Shown here: one piece after another, positions 1 to 7,700 of the stretch
Layout of the letters: every line of letters starts with the position of its first letter
Position numbering within the stretch: position 1 is the stretch's first letter
Source: an uncultured Bifidobacterium sp.
GTDB lineage: Bacteria; Bacteroidota; Bacteroidia; UKL13-3
Assembly: GCA_964529175.1 (NCBI GenBank)
Contig: CAZGVO010000006.1
Location: 73,308 to 105,307 of the forward strand
Direction of reading: 5' to 3'
Length of the DNA: 32,000 nt
Translations under genes and position numbers: made by a program
Notes under the pieces: model-generated
Seen by the model: the letters and a program-made list of their open reading frames with translations, nothing else
The model's database searches: none
What the model was told of the DNA's origin: nothing

Positions 1-2736
1 AGTGTGTCGGCTGCTACAAGTTATTGGACTGGGGCAAATGGAACAGGTTCACAATTAACATCACTTTCTATTAGCGATTTATATTTAAACATAGGAAGTA
101 ATGTAAGCACTTCGGGTGATTTTACGCTTTCAAATGGTTCTAAGTTTATAGTTAACAACGGGGGTAACTTAACTATTGCAAGTGGGAATATAATTTCAGG
201 TACAATAGATGTAGAAAATGGCGGTACTTTAACTTTAAATAGTACATCTATTCCAACTTTAGGCACACTAGGTAGCACTAGTACTATAATATTTGGTGCA
301 AATGGCGCGCAAGCAGTTACTACCAAAAATTATGGTAACTTAACCCTTAGTGGAGGTAATACCAAAACCATAAGTGGAGCTGCTGCGGTGAGCGGAGCTT
401 TAACTATTAATGGTACTGTATTAGCTTTGGGAAGCAACAATTTAACTCCAACCACTTTAACTTTAGACGGTTTAGGAACTAAAAATGATTCATGGGGTTC
501 TACAGCTGGTTCAGCTAATTATAAAAATGTATCTTATTTTGGTGCTACTGGCACAGGAACAGTAACTCCTAGTAGCAATACTGCTGCAACAGCAAGTTTT
601 AGTAATATTGCTACAAGCCAAAGTATTAATTATGGAACAGCTACTGTTTCATTAAGTGGTAAAGTTGCATCTGGCTCTATTTATCCTACTAATGGTGAAA
701 CAGTATCAGTAACCATTAATGGAGTAGCACAAACTACTACCACCACCAGTGGAGATGGTTCATTCTCTATCAATTATACTACTAGCACTTTACCAGTTTC
801 TGCATCACCTTACACCATTACTTATGCTTATACAGGTTCTGCAAATGGTTTTTTAAAGGCAGCAAGCAATGAAACAAGCACAGCTTTAACCGTAAATGCA
901 GCTACTAACAACTGGGTAGGTGGAACAGGCAATTGGAGCAGTACAAGTAATTGGAGCTTAAGCAGATTACCTTCTGCCCTAAACGATAATATTGTTATTA
1001 ACAGCGGAACCCCTACTATGGATGCAGACTATATAGTTGGTGCTGGAAGAACATTGACCATTAGTGGTACAGGTAGCTTGGTAATTAATGCTGGTAAATC
1101 AATTACCATTGATGGAACAGCAGATTTTGGTGGTAAATCAGTTACGCTTAAATCAACTGCTGTTGCTTCTGGCTCAATTGGAAAAATAACAGGAACTTTA
1201 ACAGGTGCTACCAATGTAACAGTTGAACGTTTTATAACTGGTCAATCAATTAGAGGTAGATGGAGATTTTTATCTAGCCCTGTTCAAGGCCAAACAGTAG
1301 CCAATTGGATGAACAGTTTTTATGTAACTGGTCCTGGCGATAGCATAGCTGCTAATGCAGTTAATGGCTCTACTTTAGGAACTACCAATACCAATGGTTT
1401 TAATACCAATTATGCTAATATTTTATATCCATCATCTACCATGTCTTCGGATGTTAGAAGTGTTAAAACTACTTCAATTAGAGTGTATGACGAAACAGTA
1501 ACTACTGGAGGAATTGATGGCGGTTGGGGTAATATAACTACAGCTACTACGCTAGATGCTGGCAAAGGATTTAGAGCCTATATTAGAGGAGATAAAAATG
1601 CAGTAAATTCAGCCCAAACGCAATTAGGAACTAGTGCCAATGGCAATATACAAGGAAGTGTAAATATTACCTTGACAGGAACTCCTAACCAAGGCGAGGT
1701 AAATGCCAACCCTACCTTTACCAGTTCAGGAACATTGGCAAACGATGGTTGGAATTTATTAGGAAATCCTTACCCATGTTCGTACGATTTTGTGGCTCAC
1801 AGAAATGCAGGTAGTTCAGTATTTAGTAATATAGACCCAACTGTATATGTTTATAGTGGAGTAACAGGTGGTTATGTAAGTTTTAATGCATTATCAAACA
1901 CCAACTTAAATTTAGATAATGGTATTATTCCGGCAGGTGCAGGTTTCTTTGTTAAAGCCAATGCCGCTAATCCAGTGTTTAAATTTCAAGAAGCATATAA
2001 AACTACCAATAACCATGTAGGTACTGGTGTGCATAAAACAGCTAAAACCGATGAGTTTGGAATTAAATATTATAAAGATTCTACTGAAAGCGATTATATA
2101 GTAGTTAAACCTTACCAAGGTGCTACTATGAATGCTGAAAATTTAGATATTATAAAAGTGCAAAACGATAATTTAAACTTATCGGCTTATGGTGCAGATT
2201 CTATATTATTAAGTGCAAGTTTAATACCACCAGTAATAGAGGAAACAAGAGTAAAATTAAATGTAGAAGCTACTGCAATAGGCACTTATAATTTTGATTT
2301 TAAAAACATGGATAATTTCCAAAGCGATATTACAGTTCATTTATTTGATAGATATACCAACAAAACCATTGATGTTAGAAAAAATACTAAGTACACTTTT
2401 AGTATGGGGCCGGGTACCAATCAGTGGGGTAAAAACCGTTTTGAGTTAATTTTAAATATGGATAAAACAGGAATAAATGAGTTTAATGTATTAAACAAAA
2501 CCCAAATGTTGGTTTACCCTAACCCTGCTACCGATGTGTTAAACATTGATATTAGCAATAGCAGTTTCAAAAACTCAGAAATAGTGGTTTATAATATTTC
2601 GGGAACCGAAGTAATAAAAACCAATATGGCTAGCAATAGTGTACAATTGAACATTGAAACATTAAGCGCAGGAGTGTATTTTGTAAAAGTAAGTAACCAA
2701 AATGGTTTTAATAAAACAGTAAAATTTGTAAAATAG
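1..2736 (+). CDS. Large secreted cell-surface repeat protein, 5'-truncated by the window edge, with a T9SS (Por) type-A C-terminal sorting domain
   Basis: The frame is open from nt 1, so the GTG at 4 is only an ORF-caller start. Composition is Thr/Ser/Gly/Asn-rich beta-strand repeats. The last ~80 aa (MLVYPNPATDVLNIDI...GVYFVKVSNQNGFNKTVKFVK) fit the Bacteroidota T9SS CTD pattern. The last ~500 aa are clearly paralogous to the C-terminus of 4768..10788 (VERFxxG..RWRFLSSPVQ, GWNLLGNPYPC, NQWGKNRFELILN). Confidence 0.85.
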   Translation, partial: SVSAATSYWTGANGTGSQLTSLSISDLYLNIGSNVSTSGDFTLSNGSKFIVNNGGNLTIASGNIISGTIDVENGGTLTLNSTSIPTLGTLGSTSTIIFGANGAQAVTTKNYGNLTLSGGNTKTISGAAAVSGALTINGTVLALGSNNLTPTTLTLDGLGTKNDSWGSTAGSANYKNVSYFGATGTGTVTPSSNTAATASFSNIATSQSINYGTATVSLSGKVASGSIYPTNGETVSVTINGVAQTTTTTSGDGSFSINYTTSTLPVSASPYTITYAYTGSANGFLKAASNETSTALTVNAATNNWVGGTGNWSSTSNWSLSRLPSALNDNIVINSGTPTMDADYIVGAGRTLTISGTGSLVINAGKSITIDGTADFGGKSVTLKSTAVASGSIGKITGTLTGATNVTVERFITGQSIRGRWRFLSSPVQGQTVANWMNSFYVTGPGDSIAANAVNGSTLGTTNTNGFNTNYANILYPSSTMSSDVRSVKTTSIRVYDETVTTGGIDGGWGNITTATTLDAGKGFRAYIRGDKNAVNSAQTQLGTSANGNIQGSVNITLTGTPNQGEVNANPTFTSSGTLANDGWNLLGNPYPCSYDFVAHRNAGSSVFSNIDPTVYVYSGVTGGYVSFNALSNTNLNLDNGIIPAGAGFFVKANAANPVFKFQEAYKTTNNHVGTGVHKTAKTDEFGIKYYKDSTESDYIVVKPYQGATMNAENLDIIKVQNDNLNLSAYGADSILLSASLIPPVIEETRVKLNVEATAIGTYNFDFKNMDNFQSDITVHLFDRYTNKTIDVRKNTKYTFSMGPGTNQWGKNRFELILNMDKTGINEFNVLNKTQMLVYPNPATDVLNIDISNSSFKNSEIVVYNISGTEVIKTNMASNSVQLNIETLSAGVYFVKVSNQNGFNKTVKFVK

Positions 2737-2805
2737 ACGAAGTGGTCGTTGAGCGGAGCCGAAACGCACACTTCGTCTGAAAGCTTTCGGACTTTGCTCA
2801 GTGTC
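2735..2805. repeat. Intergenic GC-richer hairpin element (REP-like), member of a dispersed family
   Basis: Perfect 10-bp inverted repeat AGACGAAGTG (2735-2744) / CACTTCGTCT (2769-2778) around a 24-nt loop GTCGTTGAGCGGAGCCGAAACGCA. It is followed by the palindrome GAAAGCTTTC (2779-2788) and GCTCAGTGTC (2796-2805). The same motifs recur at 13354-13408, 15128-15178, 16183-16199 and 27016-27069. Confidence 0.6.
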
Positions 2806-2830
2806 TATTAACCATTAACTAATCAACAAG

Positions 2831-3019
2831 ATGAAAAATATAACAAAAATAATAATGGCAGTAGCCATAGTAGTAGCAGTAAGTTTTGCAGCTAATGCAC
2901 AACCAGGCAGTGGTTCTGGAGGATTTGATGATGAACCGCAAGATGTGCCAGTAGATGGAGGAATAGTACTACTAGCAGCAGCGGGAGCTGCCTATGGGTA
3001 TAAAAAATTGAAAAAGTAA
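2831..3019 (+). CDS. 62-aa mini-protein: Sec signal peptide, Gly-rich linker and a PEP-CTERM/GlyGly-CTERM-like tail (DEPQDVPVDGG, hydrophobic stretch, KKLKK); copy A
   Basis: MKNITKIIMAVAIVVAVSFAANA|QPGSGSGGFDDEPQDVPVDGGIVLLAAAGAAYGYKKLKK. A paralog at 10881..11069 differs in the tail only by synonymous changes. A strong terminator follows directly (3037-3071). Confidence 0.8.
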   Translation: MKNITKIIMAVAIVVAVSFAANAQPGSGSGGFDDEPQDVPVDGGIVLLAAAGAAYGYKKLKK

Positions 3020-3036
3020 ATTTCCTTAAAACAATG

Positions 3037-3071
3037 AGAGGCTATCTTTTAATTAAGATAGCCTCTTTTTT
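3037..3071 (+). terminator. Rho-independent terminator closing the adhesin/mini-protein unit A
   Basis: Perfect 12-bp stem AGAGGCTATCTT (3037-3048) / AAGATAGCCTCT (3055-3066), followed by a T run. Confidence 0.85.
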
Positions 3072-3208
3072 ATGCCAATTATGTAGGTTATTTTTTATTT
3101 GTAGTTATAACACATTAAAGCTTATAAACTTAACTGTTATACTATTGTAAACACTACGTTTTTTGAGGGTTTCAGCATAATATTGCCCCATAATTTAGTA
3201 AATTACAC

Positions 3209-3454
3209 ATGTTACAAATAAAATACCTGTTCTTTTTTCTTGGAAGTTTTGCCATAGTATTTGTCAGTATTAATATTTTAAGAAAATTTACTAGTAAAAG
3301 GCAGTGTCCTTATTGCGGTAGTGCAACCGATTTAGAAAGAATAAAAAGTGCTTCTATTTTTAAATTAATACCTGCTATAAATGCCAAACACTTTGTTTGT
3401 TATAAATGTAATAGAAAGCATTACAGAATAGGTTCATCAGATTTAGATAAATAG
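3209..3454 (+). CDS. Small membrane-anchored zinc-ribbon protein (hypothetical)
   Basis: An N-terminal hydrophobic helix (LFFFLGSFAIVFVSINIL) is followed by two CxxC pairs (CPYC ... CYKC). I recognise no family. Confidence 0.4.
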   Translation: MLQIKYLFFFLGSFAIVFVSINILRKFTSKRQCPYCGSATDLERIKSASIFKLIPAINAKHFVCYKCNRKHYRIGSSDLDK

Positions 3455-3724
3455 TTTAATCAATTTTTTTGATTCTATAACAGTTCCAAATAAGGAGCAT
3501 AGGTTTTTTCGGGCATTGGTAATTAATATTTAGCAAATAAAAGCAATCGTTATGCTTTGAGTTTCTTCTTCCACTTTTCTCCAAATTATAGGCTAATACT
3601 GTTTTTTCTGCTTTTTTTGTAGAAAAACCATCACACTCACAAAAGTTTAGTAGCTAATTAACACCAAACAAGCATTTGTTTGCAAGGATTAGATTTTTAG
3701 GCAATTACAAATTTTGGCATATTG

Positions 3725-3740
3725 TTGCACATATGTGCAA
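3725..3740. promoter_or_regulatory. Perfect 16-bp palindrome TTGCACATATGTGCAA; candidate dimeric DNA-binding-protein site
   Basis: Read directly from the sequence. It lies 15 nt upstream of the 42-bp repeat array. Confidence 0.3.
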
Positions 3741-3754
3741 TGTATATAATAATG

Positions 3755-4006
3755 TCGTTTTAGTCGTTGCATCATGATGTAATCAATAATTCGGGTTCGT
3801 TTTAGTCGTTACATGATGATGTAATCAATAATTCGAGTTCGTTTTAGTCATTGCATGATTATGTAATTAATAATTCGGGTTCGTTTTAGTCGTTACATGA
3901 TGATGTAATCAATAATTCGGGTTCGTTTTAGCCATTACATGATGATGTAATTAATAAATCGATACTATTTTAGCTATTACATCAATTTGCAATTGATTTT
4001 ACACCT
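3755..4006. repeat. Tandem array of ~6 copies of a 42-bp unit, each carrying an internal palindrome
   Basis: Units start at 3755, 3797, 3839, 3881, 3923 and 3965, an exact 42-nt period. The consensus is TCGTTTTAGTCGTTACATGATGATGTAATCAATAATTCGGGT, with an internal TTACAT-GATG-ATGTAA inverted repeat. The last unit is degenerate. Confidence 0.9.
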
Positions 4007-4767
4007 TTTGGTAAGAACAGCAGCTTGTTTTAATTTTATAGAAAGTAAATTGATAGCAATAAAAGGAAGTTTTAAAAGGACAGCAGTTCATTTTATACCT
4101 ATGGAAATTGATATGATAATAATAGTAAGTAACTTTACACGTATAGCAGTTGATTTTTTGTCTTTATAAACTAATTTAATACTTATAGAATTTAGTTTTA
4201 CCTCAATAAAAGCTGATTTAACAATGCTATTAACCTAGTTGACAAATAAAAGTTGATTTATCATATTTACCTAAAACTATTTCTGCTTGCTTTTACATTT
4301 TCTCTTCCTTTTAAATCTTCAAATAGAGCAGGCATAATTGCATTTAGTATGTTTTAAATAGTTTCCTCAGCATCATTAACTTTTTTGCCACATTAGCGTC
4401 CTGTGTAATTCATGTTTTTGTTCAGCTAGTTTTAAAATTTTTAAGTTTATGGATATAATTTATTAAAAATAGTGTGTTGTATTAGCCGTAAAACTTTTTG
4501 CTTAAGTATTGGTTTTTAATTAAAACCATAAGCTTTTAGCAAAAAAGCCTAAAATGAATTGTAAAATTTTTTGAATTTGAGGTAATTAAAGTACTACATA
4601 GTTAAAAATTAATGCTACTTAATACAAAAAAACAGCCATTGGTAAAAAAAACAGTAAAAAAACAGGCAGAAAAATGACATTTAATTATTCATTAACATTT
4701 AAAACACACAAATATTTTTATTTTGCCTTCTTGAAATAAATTGAAAATAAACTAAACGGAAATATAT

Positions 4768-7700
4768 ATGATAACTAATGTTTTACAATTAAAAAACCAG
4801 CCTCCCACGCAAGGCAGAACTAGTATTTTTAAATACCTAAGCCTTTTGGCTATGGTACTATTTTTCGGATTGAACGGGGTGAAGGGGCAAACGTATAGCC
4901 AAATTACAACCTTAGTAGGGTTAGTTGATGGGGATTATTTGATAGTAGGAGATGGGGCTACTAATGATGGAATAATGTTGAACACTGTTGATGCAACACC
5001 CTATATTAACCGCACGACTGTAACTAACCCTGGTTCTTCAATAACAAGCGGTTTTACTTCGGCCAATGTTTTTCAGATAACAGTGGTCTCAGGTGATATT
5101 ACTATATACAACTCATCAGTTGGGTATGTTTCTTGGGGGCGTACTGGAAATACTGGAAATACTGCTAATTTTTTTAGTGGTACGGTTGCAAATTCTGAAA
5201 GATGGACTCCAACAGTTAGTAGCGGATTGTGGACATTGACTAATGTAGGAACAACCGCTAGAAGTTTACAGTGGAACAATTCTAACCCCCGATTTGCATG
5301 TTATACTAGCACACAAGTTAGGTTGAAACTTTATAAATTAGCCACTACAGCCCCACTTGCCCCAACAATTGGAACAATAACCCCAGGTAATCAACAATTA
5401 TCTGTAGCTTTTACAGCTGGTAGTGATGGCGGTTCTGCTATAACAACTTATAAATATTCAACAGACGGAGGAGCCACTTTTTTAACAAGACAAACTGGTA
5501 CAACTGCCTCTCCAATTATTATTACTACTTTATCATCAGATGGAACTACCCCACTTACAAATGGTGCAAGTTATAATGTTCAAATTAGAGCTGTTAATGC
5601 TATAGGAGATGGAACTGCTACCGCAAGCACGGCAGCTACTCCGTATACTACACCAAGTGCGCCTACTATAAATAGTGTAACCGCAGGAAACACGCAATTA
5701 TCGGTAGATTTTACTGCCAATGCTACAGGTGGTTCGGCTATTACTAATTACCAGTATTCAACAGACGGTGGCGCTACTTTTTTAAACCGACAAACAGGTA
5801 CAACTGGCAGTCCTATTGTAATTACAACTTTATCATCTAATGGTTCAACATCTTTAACAAATGGAGTAACATATGATGTACAAATAAAAGCTGTAAATGC
5901 TGCTGGAGCTGGCACAGCTTCTTCAACTGTGCAAGGAACTCCTGTGGCTCCTGTATCACCTACTTTAACTGTGTTGGGTTCATTAAGTGCTGTTAATACT
6001 ACTTACGGAACTGCTAGCGCTAGTCCCACAAGTTTTACAGTTAGTGGAGCTTCATTAACCAACGATATTGTAATTACTCCACCATCGGGTTTTGAGGTTT
6101 CAACTTCAATAGGTAGCGGTTACACAACAAGTTTAACATTAACTCAGAGTGGTGGAAGTGTAAGCACTACCACTGTTTATTTGCGTTTAGCTGCCACTAC
6201 TGGTTTTGGTACTTATAGTGGCAATATTGATGTAACAAGCACAGGTGCTGTTACTCAATCAGTAGCAACAGCAAGCAGTAGTGTAGCTAAAAAAGCATTA
6301 ACAATAACTGGAATAACAGTTGATAATAAAATTTATGATGGAACCACAACAGCTACTACTTCTGGCACAGCTGTGTATAGTGGGTTAGTAAATAGTGAAT
6401 CATTCACTGTTACTGATATAGTATCATTTGCTTTTGCAACCGCTTCAGTAGGTAATGGTAAAACCATTAACCAAACCGGAACATATACAGCGCCCTCGGT
6501 TAATTATTCAATAAGCCAGCCAACATTAACAGCTAATATTACAACAGCAACACCTCCAACTATTACACCTGCTTTAGGTACAACAGTTGATGGTTCATTT
6601 AACGTAACTTTTGTTGATGATGCTTTATGGCGTTCAGGCATTACAGGTATAACAGTTGGAGGAACAACATTAACTGCTGGTTATACTGTTTCTTCTGGCC
6701 AAATCGCTTTTAATCCAGCTGCATCAGTTCCTACTGGTTTATTACAAACGGCAGGTTCTAAAACAATTGTAGTTTCCTCAACAGGATATAGTAGCAATAC
6801 TTTTACACAAGCTATTGGAGTTGGAGCAACTACAAAATTAACTAATAACACAGCTCCTGCAGCCCCTGCCACCAATGGAGTGGTTTTAGCAACTCAGCCA
6901 AAGGTAAATATTACTGACCAATATGGTAATATTATTACAACTGATAATTCAACTGTAGTAACTGTAGCTGCCACGCAAGGTACTTGGACATTAGGGGGAA
7001 CTTTAACTGCAACTGCTGTAAATGGAGTAGCCTCATTTAGTGGGTTAACTGCTACAAGTGCTACAGCTATTACTGGTGCAAGTTTAGATTATACAGCTAC
7101 AGGTCTAGCCGGTTTTACATCTGCTACATTTAATATTCCTGCACCAGCACCAGCAAACGATTTGTGTGCAAGCGCAATTACATTAACTGTTGGCGCAGGT
7201 TCAACTGGTGGTAGTATGGATGGAGCAACCATGTCAAGTCCTTTTAACGATGATAATGATGTTTGGTTTAAATTTACAGCCACTTGTACTGGAACAGCAA
7301 CGGTTACTATTAGCACAACCAGTCAAGATATAGATTTAACGGCTTGGAGTACTTCGTGCCCTGCTGCCACTACTGGTAATATCGGAACAGGAGGAGGTAC
7401 TTCTTCTTTAACAACCGAAACACTAACAATTTCTGCAACTCAGGGAACAACTTATTTTGTTCGTGTTATTCATTATGCTGCTACTTCAGGTTCGGTTGCT
7501 GGTAGTTTTAACATTGCAGTTACTTCTTCAGTAAATTCTACTTTAGCTTTGGCTAATACAGGAACTCCAGCTGCAGGAAATATTTCAAATGGAACATCAA
7601 ATGTTACTTTATTTGGATTTAGCTTAACACCTTCGGCATGTAATAATATTAGCATTTCATCAGTTAGTATTACCACAGCAGGAACAGCAACAAGTTCAGA

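Noticed and set aside
3755-4006. The 42-bp repeats begin with GTTTTAG and contain a palindrome, which superficially resembles CRISPR repeats
   Set aside because: The units are directly adjacent with an exact 42-nt period and no unique spacers between them. No cas genes or leader are nearby. It is a tandem repeat, not a CRISPR array.
3987-4169. 60-aa ORF in the track
   Set aside because: It starts at a TTG inside the last degenerate repeat unit, lies in AT-rich non-coding DNA, and has no recognisable features. It is most likely a chance ORF.
4700-4767. Promoter call for the giant adhesin from TATTTTG near 4717 (similar TATTTTG strings lie upstream of lemA and the Y1 transposase)
   Set aside because: These are one T short of the TAnnTTTG consensus, and such strings are frequent in AT-rich DNA. 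That is not enough to call a promoter.
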